Assembly: GCA_013239625.1 (NCBI GenBank)
Contig: MU053493.1
Coordinates: 2,551,793 to 2,615,792, forward strand
Length of the DNA stretch: 64,000 nucleotides
From: Lama guanicoe
Taxonomy: Eukaryota
Reading direction: 5' to 3'
The notes under the pieces were generated by a model. That model was not told where the DNA came from. It ran no database searches and saw only the letters and a program-made list of their open reading frames with translations. This document shows, in pieces, positions 1-11,780 of the stretch; the stretch's first letter is position 1, and each line of letters begins with the position of its first letter. A program made the translations under genes and the position numbers.

Positions 1-696
1 TTTCTGTTGACGAGCACCAGACTTTGAAACCTCAACAGCTCAGTAGAAAGGTTTATATTAAATGACCCTTAGTTGTACTTCCAAATAATAATATGTGTAA
101 CTGCCTATAATTTGCACAGTAAAGAAACTAAGATGGGACTTGGGTATCAGTCCCATCCCCTCAGGGGGACCTCTGTGACTGGTGAGTGGGCCATGGGCCA
201 CCCTTGGAGAAACAATATTCTATCAGACACTGTCCAGTTTCCATCTTTCTCTCTTTCCAGACTGTCATGTCCTTGTTCAGGTGTGTTTTTAACCCCAAGA
301 ACTGGCATGAAACTTGATGTGTGAGTCGGGGCCAGTCAAGGGCCTTATTTATAAAACTGGGGTGCTATGGCCCCCACCTCATGGGGGTGCAGTTGGTTAA
401 ATGAGAGGGTGTTGAGTTCAATGAATGGCAGGTCTTATTTTGGGAGTCTGATTCTCAGATGACTACTCAGAGGAATGCATGGCTGCTGCATGGCCTTCTA
501 TAATTAGGGACTCTAATAGCCAGGAGAAATAGGTGAAGAAGCATGGAGAAAATGAAATGACACTCTTTCCCCACCTAAGATCAGTGTAGACTCCCCTAAA
601 AGCACTCAGTGCAAAAAATCAAGACTCTGATAACAATAAATAATTATGAAAACATTTTTTTCACATTTCACCTAGCACGGAGCTGGCCGTGGTACC

Positions 697-1107
697 TGTC
701 CTGGGTTGAATAGGGCCTCTCCTGCCCACATGCCCTACCCCCGGTGAACGTGACCCTATTTAGCAAAAGATGGAATGCAGTTGAGGCTCTCCAGATACGA
801 TCATCCTGGACTATCCAGGTGGGTTCAAAGTCTGATGACAAGTGTCCTAAGAGACGGAAGAGGACACACAGACAGACCATGTGAAGTTGTCAAGGGAGAC
901 CGCAGTGATGTGGCTACAAGAAACTCCTGGACCCACAGGAACTGGAGGAGGCAGGAAGGATTCTCCCCAGAGTCTTGGAGGGAGCACAGCCCTGCTGACA
1001 CCTTAATTTCAGACTCCTGGCCTCTGGAACCGGGAGAGAATACACTTCTGTTGCTTTAAGCCCCGTGGTTTTGGTGATCTATCACGGCAGCGCTAAGAAA
1101 CCCAGCA
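697..1107 (+). mobile_element. MaLR LTR (MLT1-type)
   Basis: Typical MLT1 motifs: gatcatcctggactatccaggtggg, ccctgctgacaccttaatttcagactcctggcctc, ttctgttgctttaagcc. Confidence 0.75.
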
Positions 1108-1784
1108 CCCTACTGCTTCTCTCCATCACAGGCTATGATCGGAGGTTCCCAGAGGTGCCTGCAGGCTCAATGATGCAGGTCTGGTCGTCTGGCCGCTTTA
1201 GGTTCCGTGTAAAAGAGTCTGCAAGCAGGACACTCATTCTTAAAGGATTTGCAGAGCCAATCAGACAGACAGAACGATACAGCAAAAAGGACCACGGACC
1301 AACTTGAATGGCCAAACTAGACAGAAGTGAGGGGCCAAAGTGCTGGCCCATTCAATGCGCACCTCTACTAAGAAGGGCACTGGCTTTGCGGGCACGCAGT
1401 CTTCTCACACAGCCTGGAGCCAGGAAAAGAGAGACATGGGGAGCATGCACATGTCCATAAGCATCTTCACACAAATCTTGGTATATGCCGTGACCAGCGA
1501 TCACAGCATGTCCTCACATCCTGTCCATGGACACAAGCTGGTGCATCCCACCACCTGAGATGCCCTGCTGACGTCTGCTGTCTGTTCCCACCCACCATGC
1601 TGGAGTCAGACCCCACAGCCTCATCCTCTAGCCATATAACAGGGCGTCCATCTCTAATTCTCCATATGCAGTGGCTAGGACACTGGAAAAATGAAATACT
1701 ATCTAGAAAATACATTCCAGAGGCTGTAAGAGATGGATTAATCAGGCAGCCCAATAGTGTCCAACTTGAAGAAAAAAAGTGTGT

Positions 1785-1911
1785 GGGGGGCAAGGGTAGA
1801 GCACAGTCATAGAGTGCATGCTTAGCATGCACCAAATCCTGGGTTCAATCCCCAGTACCTCTACTAAATAAATAAATCTAATTACCAATCCCCTCCAAAA
1901 AAAAAAAAAAA
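1785..1911 (+). mobile_element. tRNA-derived SINE (camelid Vic-1-like)
   Basis: Degenerate A box, B box ggttcaatccc, taaataaatctaattacc tail and polyA. Confidence 0.85.
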
Positions 1912-2103
1912 GGACTGTGCATCTATGTTTAAAGGACCACCCCTCCAGAGTTCTGCAGTATGTTCCTCACTCTGCCCTGGAGAAACTCGACGAATGTTTG
2001 CAAATCCACTTAACACTGAGTGGAAACTCTGAAGTGCTCATTTAAGACTGTGGAAAAGCTCAACCAAATCCCCCTGCTCTGTCCAGGCTGTCTCTTCATA
2101 AAT

Positions 2104-2290
2104 GTTTGTTTGTTTGTTTTTCAATTGAAATAGAGTCAGTTTACAATGTTGTGTCAATTTCTGGTGTGCAGCATAATGTTTCAGTTATACATATACATAC
2201 ATATATTCCCTTCCATATTCTTTTTCATTATAGGCTACTACGAGATACAGAATATAGTTCCCTGGGCTATACAGAAGATATTTATTTTTT
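2104..2290 (-). mobile_element. L1 3'UTR end fragment
   Basis: agtcagtttacaatgttgtgtcaatttctggtgtgcagc motif, shared with other L1 tails in the window. Confidence 0.8.
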
Positions 2291-2589
2291 ATCTCATCAA
2301 ATGGTTTCTGATGCTGGTCCCAGTTCACTGCCTGCCTCGACCGTGAATGTTTAGAGCACAAATGTCACCTGGTTGCTCCCTTGTGTTCTCTCTGCACCCA
2401 CTCTATACTGGGCAATGTCATTTCAGAAGTGGCACTCCAATGATGAAAAAAAAATAAGCCTAGTCTCTTGACGTTGTGACCAACTGTCACTAATATTCAC
2501 GCCAAATAGCTCGTCAAACATTATTTTCATATCTTGGTTTTTAAATGTAACAGCAAGAAAATTCCTTAACTTTCTTTTCCAGTTAAGCA

Positions 2590-2810
2590 TTATTAAGAAT
2601 TCATTTGTTCAACACATATCTTTTGAGAACATATTCTGTAACAGATACTAATTGCAGGAGATCTAGTAATAAACAAAGTAGACAAAAGCCCTGGTTCCAA
2701 GCAGCTTACATTCTAGGGAAGGGGGAGAAGTAATATATGCGAAGATTTAAAAAAATATTCAGTATGTTAGATATTGATAAGCACTCAGGAGAAAAGCAGG
2801 GTGGGAGGAA
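2590..2810 (-). mobile_element. L2 LINE 3' remnant
   Basis: ttcatttgttcaaca...gcagcttacattctaggg, typical of L2 3' ends. Confidence 0.55.
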
Positions 2811-2829
2811 GACTGCTGGTACTAATCAT

Positions 2830-3545
2830 TTTTTTTTTCCTGTCCACCATCTATCTGTAACCATAGTTTGTTTTCTACATCCGTGAGTCTATTTCTAGTT
2901 CATAAATAAAATTTGTATCTTTTTAAAGATTCCCCACATAAGTGATATCATATGATATTTGTCTTGCTCTGTCTGACTTACTTCACTTAATATGATCATC
3001 TCTAGGTCCATCCATGTTGCTGCAAATAGCATTATTTCATTCTTTTTATGGCTGAGTAATAATCCACCGTGTGTGTGTGTATATACACACACACACATAT
3101 ACATATATATACCACATTTCCTCTATCCATTCATGTGTCTATGGACATTCAGGTTTCCATGTCTTGGCTATTGTAAATAGTGCTTCTGTGAACACTGGGG
3201 TGCATATATCTCCTTGAACTATAATTTTCTCCAGATATATGCCTAGGAGTGGGATTGCTGGATCCTATGATAACTTTAGTTTTAGTTTTTTAAGGAACCT
3301 CCATACTGTCCTCCCCAGTGGCTGCACCAATTTACATTCCCACTAACAGCGTAGGAAGGTTCCCTTTTCTCCACACCCTCTCCAGCATTTATTATTTGTA
3401 GACTTTTTTTTAACAATGACCATTCTGACTAGTGTGAGGTGATACCTCATCGTAGTTTTGATTTGCATTTCTCTAATAATTAGTGATACTGAACATCTTT
3501 TCATGTGCCTGTTGGCCAAATGGATGTCTTCTTTGGAGAAATGAA
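2830..3545 (-). mobile_element. L1 ORF2 3' end and 3'UTR fragment
   Basis: ORF track gives [20 protein letters not shown], a hallmark of the ORF2 C-terminus. Confidence 0.9.
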
Positions 3546-3679
3546 TAGTGACATATTCTTGATGTATTTGCTAAAATCTTCTTCCATTGACATTTCTTAA
3601 TTCAATTGGTGCCAACTTTCACCAGCCTAGTCTTCCATGCATTGCCACTTGCTGTTCGTCAAATTAAAATAACTTTTGA

Positions 3680-3852
3680 CCTACTGTATAGCATAGGGAA
3701 CTATATTCAATATCTTGTAGAAACCTATAATAGAAAAGAATCCAAAGAAAAATATAGATAGATAAATAGATAACTGAATCACTTTGCTATACACCTGAAA
3801 CAAACACAATATTGTAAATCAACTATACTTCAATTTTAAAAATTAAAAAAAT
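3680..3852 (+). mobile_element. L1 3' tail fragment
   Basis: ctactgtatagcatagggaactatattcaatatcttg...gtaaatcaactatacttcaat followed by an A tail. Confidence 0.8.
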
Positions 3853-4612
3853 GAAAATCCCTTTTGCAGAATGAATTTCTTTTTGTAAACAAATGGGGGG
3901 TGTGGAGGGAAGATGACACTAATATTTATTCAGCACCTACATTCAGCCAGGCATAATGGCAGGCACTTTTTATTTACTATTGCAGTTGATCTATGACCCT
4001 GCGAAGTAGACAAGCACGATTCTCACTTTACAGAGGAAGAAACGGATACTCCGGTAACTTCTTTAAGGTCACACTGTAAGTGGCACAGCTGCAACTGGAA
4101 CTCTGCAGCCCATATTTTTTGGTCTTACCCTCAAAATTCTCGACTATTGGGATTTTTGAAAAACTCTTTTTTTTCGTGGCTGCTCAATCTTTATATTTCT
4201 CAGATCATTTATTTCATTTTGTCTTATACAGCAGCAATGACTTTTCTCCAACACTTAAAAGCACCTCACTTCCTTGCTCTCTAACCTTAAAATTAAATTG
4301 GACTTTGTTCAACTGAATTGCATAAACCTCTATGAACTATATTAACCACAAATGTTTTAATTAAAATGACCGCTGAATACTAAGATCACTGGCATCTTTT
4401 GTCTATGGTCGCCATCCCTGTACTTGACCGTTTCTTCTGTCATACAATCTTACACCCAAGTCCCAAGTCGATGCAATGCCTTGGGAGCCACCGGAGTTGC
4501 ATATGACACATTTCAATGCTAATAAAATGCAATACAATCCGACAGATAATCCAGTGTGTAAAGCAGATCTGGGTAACTCCCAGACGTCTTCCTTTAACGG
4601 CGTTCTTTTCCC

Positions 4613-4626
4613 GTTACCCCGGTAAC
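4613..4626. promoter_or_regulatory. RFX X-box-like palindrome GTTACCCCGGTAAC at the intronic edge of the CpG island
   Basis: Matches the X-box consensus GTNRCC(N0-3)RGYAAC. Motif match only. Confidence 0.5.
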
Positions 4627-4993
4627 AGTTTCCAGGTCGCGGCACCCGGACTGCCTGCAGATAAAACCCAGTCCCTGATCCCGCAACCATAATCCCGCAA
4701 CTTCTGCCCCTTGTAGCTGCAGCGGCGCGTCCTTGACCACGGACCCAAGGCACCGAGATGCTGAGAAATCCCAAGAGGCGCAGACAGTGACAATGGACTG
4801 GCCGCTGTCTCCGAGCCGGTCTGGCTGGGGGTTCCGGGCCCGAACCGGCCGGGATGGAGGCCGGCGCCCGTCCGCCGGGGTCACGGCCCTGCGCTCCGGC
4901 CGCGGCCGCCGAGGGTCGTGCGCGGCCCCCGGGCTCCCCACAAAGCCCCCCGCGCCCCCCGCGCCGCCCGGCCCGCGCCCCCCGAGCCCTCAC

Positions 4994-5166
4994 CACAGCT
5001 TCCTCTTGAGCGGCAGGAGGCTGCCGCGGTTGGAGGGGGTGACGCCGATGGCCATCTGCAGCACCGTCAGGTATTTCTGGTACTTCATCTTGTCCCCGCT
5101 CCTCTCGCGGGCCGGGCCCCGCCGCCGCCGCCGGCGCCGCAGGCACAGCCCCTCCAGGCGCCGCAT
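4994..5166 (-). CDS. TJP1: First coding exon (173 nt) of the long, distal-promoter isoform of tight junction protein ZO-1
   Basis: ATG at 5166 reads MRRLEGLCLRRRRRRRGPARERSGDK, in frame with a second ATG at 5088 reading MKYQKYLTVLQMAIGVTPSNRGSLLPLKRKL. It ends TG|GTGAGG, a consensus phase-2 donor (GT at 4993-4992), and lies in a CpG island. I recall this peptide as the extended TJP1 N-terminus that precedes ...STAMEETAIWEQ (recognition from memory, not a search). It is too short to appear in the ORF track. Confidence 0.85.
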
Positions 5167-5206
5167 AGATCAGCCCTGGGCCATCCGCCCCGCGGCCGTG
5201 CGCGCC

Positions 5207-5285
5207 CGGCTCCCGCTCCCGCCGCTCCCGCCGCTCCCGCCGCTCCCGCCGTCCCCGCCGCTCCCGCCGTCCCCGCCGCCGCTGC
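5207..5285. repeat. GC-rich nonamer tandem repeat (CCGCTCCCG)n with variants, upstream of the TJP1 start codon
   Basis: ctcccgccgctcccgccgctcccgccgctcccgccgtccccgccgctcccgccgtccccgccg is directly visible. Confidence 0.9.
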
Positions 5286-5905
5286 CGTGCGTGCCCGCCG
5301 CTCCCGCCGCCGTCGTGCGTGGCCCGGCCCCGCTCCCGCCGCTGTCGCTCCCGCTCCTCCACCCCCCGCGCCGGGCGCACCGCCCCCCGGGCGGCGGGGC
5401 TGGGCGGGGAGGTCCGGCCACCCCCGCGGCCTCGGTGTCTTCAGCGCAGGGCGGGAGCTCCCCTCCTCCAGTTGTCTCTCAAGGATCCCAGCGACGGGCT
5501 TCCAGAGAGGAAAAAATATTATTTTTTATTTGTAATCACCACTGAGTAGCGAGTGTGTAGCCATCATGTTTGCGCTCCAGCCTGGAGTGCTGGGACACTG
5601 TGTGCAGACTGCATGCGCAGACCTGCACCTTGTGTGCATACAGTGCATGTGTGTACACAGTGCAGGTGTGTCTATGCAGTCGGCACCTGCAGGCGGGTTC
5701 AGGTTCAGGCTGTGAAAATGACCCTGAACAGGGCAAAACCGTCTTAATCATCTACGGGGGAAATTAAGATTGTTCGATGACCTTTAAAAATGCTGTCAAA
5801 ACATTCCAAATTCTCTTCACTGATGCTTTTAAATGTGTAGGGAAATGAAAAAAAAAATATTGAGTAAAGCTCATCATCTGTTATACTGGAATTTAAAACA
5901 TTACA

Positions 5906-6030
5906 GGGGATGGGGCTAGCTCAGTGGTAGAGTGCCTGCCTAGCACACACAAGGTCATGGGTTCAATCCCCAGTCCCTCCACTTAAGAAATAAGTAAATA
6001 AATAAACCTAATTACCTCCTCCTCTAAAAA
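5906..6030 (+). mobile_element. tRNA-derived SINE (Vic-1-like)
   Basis: agctcagtggtagag A box, ggttcaatccc B box, A-rich tail. Confidence 0.9.
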
Positions 6031-7638
6031 TTTTACAAATATCCAGAGCTAACTTGTTTTGTTTCTTTGCAAGAAAATCTTATCAAGAGTCACGTGAACA
6101 GTGTTTGTGTCTTTTCCTGGAAGAACTGCTGTGCACTGACAGAGCATCCTTTCTGTGTCTTGGCAAAGCATCACGTTTGGATCACATTCCACATTTTATC
6201 CCCTGGCCCTTCACCGTCGTGGAGTGTACCAGAAGTCCTTAAATGTGCCATCCTCTGGGACATACTCACCCTCTTTCCCCACTCAGTGTCTCATTCAGAA
6301 TGGTCCTCTGTTGTGTGTTTAGTCTCCGGAAGGGTGGCCGTGCCAACATTCATATGGGTGCCTTTTTCTTTTTCTATAACTCCAGTTACATCCCATTCAT
6401 GTTTCAGGTCCCTTCCATCTTTACCATTTTTCGTTTCTTTGCTGCACTTCCATCTCTGTTGACCAGTTCCCTCTTTCAGTTACTAGTTGTTTTTAACGGG
6501 GCTGTGTGGGTTTACCACAGGGAGAAAAGGAGGTGACACCACCACACACTTTGCTGTCAGTGGTGAAGCTAAGAATGCTCAGAGACCAAATGCAGACAGA
6601 CTTTGAAAGAACGACTGAAATTGGTCACTGATCACGAGGTTCACCTTCCGTAGGCAGCGCTTTGTGGACCAGAGAGCCAGGGACGAGTTTATGCTAGGTG
6701 AATTTGCTCAGTTAATACGTGTGGAAACTGAAATTTGAACCTATTGTTGAGCAGCAGGTCTTACTTCATTAAGCCAAGTAACTAACATCAGGCCTATCTG
6801 AGCCTGCAAAGCAAGGACAGCCTGTAAACGTGTACACATTGTATGTAAATGTGAAGAGTACCGCTGTCAAGTGCCTTTGCATCCACCGGGCAGAATTACC
6901 ATATGTCAACCATTCCCTCTACAGTGCGCCCCTCCTGTATCTCTACTCAAACATTTCATTTTCAAATTGATTAGCACATGAGAAAATTAGAACAAAACAG
7001 TCTCCTTCTGGTTTAGGCTCTCAACATGATTTCAGAGTCACTTCTGTAGAAAAGCAGGTCTAAATCTATTTTCACTTTTATTTTCCCAGAAGTTTTAGCT
7101 CTCACACAAAATGAGGAATTGTCAGATCCTTCACACTGTAAATGTATATTCATACCTGGGAAAGGGCCTTTCAAAGGACTGGGAGCAGTACTTTTAAAAT
7201 ACATCAGGGCCTATACTTACCTATTCACCATTTCTTAGATGTGCTTGAACTTTTGCACCACCTTGCTATGTTATTGTAAGATATCTGATGAAAATGCTGT
7301 GTTACACTCAAAGATTTAGAGAACTGGAGGCTGAGGGGATCTATTCAGGATAATGGGAGATAAAAATAAATCTGGCAGAAGCACTTCCACAACGGCAGGA
7401 AAATCTGCTTCTCCATAAAAGGGAGAATATTGGCTTAAATTGTCAAATCAACCTTTTCTGAACTCCAGAAAGTAACCAAAGGCTTGCATCAATCCAAAGA
7501 TTGTTTTTTCAAGAAAAACGACTGCATTCTGGTAAGAACAGGGAGCCTTATGCATTTTAACTTGCCCAGTTCCCACCCTCTTCTGCCCAGGTCTGCGGGA
7601 GACTTGAAAACTAATAGCCTCACAACTACAGTAGCTTT

Positions 7639-7726
7639 TTTTTTTTTTTTTAACATTTTTTTATTGAGTTATAATCATTTTACAATGTTGTGTCAAATTC
7701 CAGTGTAGAGCACAATTTTTCAGTTA
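7639..7726 (-). mobile_element. Very short 5'-truncated young L1 with ~17-bp TSD acaactacagtagcttt
   Basis: polyT plus L1 tail between perfect direct repeats starting at 7622 and ~7726. Confidence 0.9.
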
Positions 7727-10138
7727 CAACTACAGTAGCTTTGAAACTAGCAGCCACTGGAGGGGAAGAATGTGTTTAAAGACCCCCAAAACCCTATCCC
7801 CAGAGAATTGTCATTATTTGACCTGGTGATGGTTCCACTCACAGGGCTTCTGTTTATTTCGTCTGCCTCAGAAGTCACTGTATGCAAACAGCCCTATATC
7901 TAGGGCATTTGTCAATAACAGTTAGTAGCAGTTTAACATAACAGCTGCCTGAAGTGGTGAAACCAGTTGTGGTTAACAAGAGGTTCACTGAAGAAAAGAA
8001 AAAAAAGCAATTTGGAGAATAAAAACCCATAGGGGACGTTGAAAAGCTCCGATGTGTTCCTGGGAATCCAGAATGCCATGTACACGTGCAGGACTGTGCG
8101 CATGCTCAGAAAATGCCTGAGAAGGCCCTAATCACTCAATTCTGGTTGAGCTTGAGGTTCAGTGCAAGCAGAAGGTGAAGGCTAAGGAAGAGTTGTAAAT
8201 TACCTACCAGAATGTTGAAGGCATGCTCCAACACACACACACACACACAGCCTCTTAGCAAAGACTAGGAGATTTACTGGTTCAAAACATTAAAGTTTTG
8301 CCCAATAATTAGTTGACCACTTAAGTACCCAAGCAGAGACTTAGTGGCCACACATAACAAAGAATACAAACTTTTACAGAGTTAGTCCAGAAAAGTCACT
8401 AACAAACAACAACAAGTTTTGGAGTAGGGAGAGGAATGTGATTTCTAGAATCACCATGTTTTACTATTCAAAATGTCCACATTCGAACAACAAAAATTAT
8501 AGGATATGCAAAGCAACAGAAAAATCAGCCCTTACACAGAAAAAAAAAAACCTGTTAATAGAAACTGTTCTTGAGAAAGCCCAGGCATTGGATTTACTGG
8601 ACAAAGACTTTAAATCAGCTATTATAAATATGTTTACTAAAGGAAACCATGTGCTAAGAATTAAAGGAAAATATGACAACAATGTCTCACCAAATAGGTA
8701 ATATCAATAAACAGAAATTAAAAAAAAAGAAACTCTGGAGTTGAAAAATACAATAACTGAAATTAAAAATTCACTAGAGGGGCTCATCAACATATTTGAA
8801 TTGGCAGAAGTAAGAGTCAGTGAACTTGAATATAAATCAATGGCGATTATACACTCTGAGGAACAGAAAGGAAAAAGAATGAAGAAAAATGAAGAGACTC
8901 AGAGACCTATGGAAAACCATTAAGCATACTAATATATGCATAAAGTCCCAAAGGAAAGGACAGAAAGGACCCAAGAATATTTGAAAAAATAATGACCAAA
9001 GTCTTTCCAAATTTTATGAAAAATACTAATCAGCACATCCAAGGGGTTCAAAGAACTCTAAGTAGCATATACTCAAAGCAGTCCACACCTAGACTAAGTG
9101 TCAAACTGTCGAAAGCCAAAGACAATGAGAGAATCTTAAAGCTGCAAGAGAAAAGCAACTTATCACATATAAGGGATCCGCAATAGATTAACATCTGACT
9201 TCTCACCAGAAGTCATGGGGATCAGAAGGCAGAAAGAAGGCATTTAAGGGGCTGAGAGAAAAAGACTATTAACCAAGAATTCCACATTCAGCAACAATAT
9301 CCTTCAAAAATGAAGGAGAAATTAAGGCATTCCCAGATAAATTAAAAATAAGAAATCATTAATAGCATACATGCACTATAAGAAGTACCAAGAAAGTCCT
9401 CCAGGCTGAAATGAAAGGATACTAAACAGTAACTTAAATCCACAAGAAGAAATATAGACCATTGGTAAAAACAACTATCTAACTGAATATGAAAGAGAGT
9501 ATAAAATATTTTTTAAATTTTAATTTTTGAAATCTTTTAATTAAAAATGTTTTTATTTGAAACTCTTATCTGATTTAAAAGACAACTGCATAAAGCAACA
9601 ATTATAAATTGAGTTGATGGATAATGTGTGTGTATACATATATGTGTATATATATGTAATTTGTATGACAAGAATAGCACAAAGGAGGAGGGAGAGAATG
9701 GATTTCTACTGGGGCCTAGTTTTGGTGTATTATTGAAATTAAATAAGTATTAATTCTAGATTATTTTAAGTTAAGTGGTTAATTGTAATCTCCAAAACAA
9801 TCCTTAAGAAAATAACTTATTAGAATATAGTAAAAAAAAAAAAAAGAAAATTTTAATACTGCACTAGAAAATATATAGCACAAAAGAAGGCAGTAATGGA
9901 GAAATAGAGGAATAAAAGGAATAAGATATTTAGAAAACAAAGAGCAAAATGGCAGCCATAAATTCTACCTTATGAGTAATTTCATTAAATGTAAATATGC
10001 TAAATATTACAACCAAAAGACACTGGCTGACAGAATGGACATAAAAACATGATCCAACTATATGCTATCTACAAGAGACACACTTTATAGACACAAAAGT
10101 GTTGAAAGTAAAAAGGTGGAAAGTATTAAGAAAGCTGG

Positions 10139-10947
10139 TGGCTCACTATGAAAGAGAATGTGACAATGAATGTATGTATGTTCATGTATAACTGAAAAAT
10201 TGTGCTTTACACTGGAATTTGACACAACATTGTAAAATGACTATAACTCAATAAAAAAAAAAGTTAAAAAAAAAGAAAAGAAAATCACTGCCTGCCCAGT
10301 CCAAGAAAGCTGTTAAAGCTTCCTATCCACCTAGGCCAGGGGATGAAATAGAAACACATGCAAATAATCAGAACACAGCAAAGGGTCCGAGCTTAAGCCA
10401 CCTGAGTAGTTCAGGACCCAAAAGATATAAGTTAACATGAACATTAGTCCAGTACACTTAAATCCACAAGGTCCCAGCAAATGCAAATGAGAAACTGTCA
10501 TCTAAAGCAAGTCACACGGGTTTCCCACGGAAAAATATCCTTACTGACAGCAGATCATACCCCAAATCACAAACCATGTGAAAAAATGAATGACCAGGAA
10601 GAAGAGGCAAGAGGAACAACAAATAATCCTGGAGATAATAGGACAATTTTTAAGACTATAAAATAAGCATTTTAAATGTTTGCAGAGACAGAGAAGCAAA
10701 TAGAAATCACACTGTAAGAAAAAATCAGTATGAGAAAAGAAAAATAAATTCTGGAAATATAAGTCAATGAAAAACTCATGACACCCCAAACATGGAGACT
10801 ATGCATTCTTTTCAAGTACACAAGAACTGTTTCTAAAAATAACTATGTATTAAGACACAAATGAAAATGTGTTCTTTGACCAGACCAAAATGCAAATAAA
10901 ACTAAAATAAACCATATGTATTTTTAAAAACAGTAATAAAAAAAAGA
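10139..10947 (+). mobile_element. Young L1 3' end plus ~650 bp 3'-transduced sequence, TSD aagaaagctgg
   Basis: TSD at 10128-10138 and 10948-10958. L1 tail and polyA to ~10283, then other sequence, AATAAA at 10935 and a second A tail. Confidence 0.75.
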
Positions 10948-11732
10948 AAGAAAGCTGGAGGGGCTATGCTACTCTCAGACAAAACAGACTTGCAGAGCTA
11001 CTTTGTTCCTAGACCCCCAAAAATTTCATGCTGACAAAAGGATCAATACATCAAGAAAACTTAATAGAAACACGTGTGCCCGTAACAGCTGAGTCCCTGA
11101 ATGGCAAAAATGGACAGAAATGAAGGGAAAAAACAGGCAATTCAACAATAATAACCGGAGATTTCCACATCCCCTACTTTCCATGATGGATAAAATGAGG
11201 CAGATTATCGACAAGGAAGAAGTCTTGAGCAGCACTGAAGACCAACAAGACCCAGCACATCCATAGAACATTGCACCCAATACAGCAGAATACATATTCT
11301 TTTCATGTACACATGGGACAGTCTTCAGGACAGATCACATATTAGGCCACAAAACAAGCCCTTGATAAATTTAAAAGTATTCAAATCATACAAAGTATGT
11401 TCTCCAAACACACTGGAATTAAATTAGAAACCAGTAACAAAAGGAAATTTGGGGAATTCACAAATATGTGGGAATTAAACAGAACACTCCTAAACCCAAA
11501 TAACCAATGGAACAAAGACAAAATCATAAGAAAAATTAGTGAATATTATGAAAGAAAAAAAGGGTAACATCAAACTTGGGTGCCTCTAAGGTATTGCTTT
11601 GAAGGAACTCTGTAGTTGTGAACACAGTATTTTAAAAGATGAACTAGCCTAACCTTCCACCTTAACAAATTAGAAAAGAAGAGTACACTAAACCCAAAGC
11701 AAGCAAAAGGAAGGAAATAATAAAGATTAGAG

Positions 11733-11780
11733 GACACAACATTGTAAAATGACTATAACTCAATAAAAAAAGTTAAAAAA
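11733..11780 (+). mobile_element. 48-bp young L1 tail with 14-bp TSD aataaagattagag
   Basis: TSD at 11719-11732 and 11781-11794. Confidence 0.9.

Larger units (their letters stand above)
4600..5500 (-). promoter_or_regulatory. CpG island / TATA-less promoter and 5'UTR of the distal TJP1 first exon
   Basis: Very high GC and CpG density against an AT-rich background. GC boxes (GGGCGG) at ~5390-5410. Spans the exon and its donor site. Confidence 0.9.

Noticed and set aside
1..4993. Search for the next TJP1 exon (…VTPSSENPNG…)
   Set aside because: Not seen; it presumably lies beyond the left edge of the window.
4403..5545. Long ORFs of 325, 270 and 205 aa over the CpG island
   Set aside because: Low-complexity R/P/A/G translations caused by stop-codon scarcity in GC-rich DNA. 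The real exon is in a different minus-strand frame.
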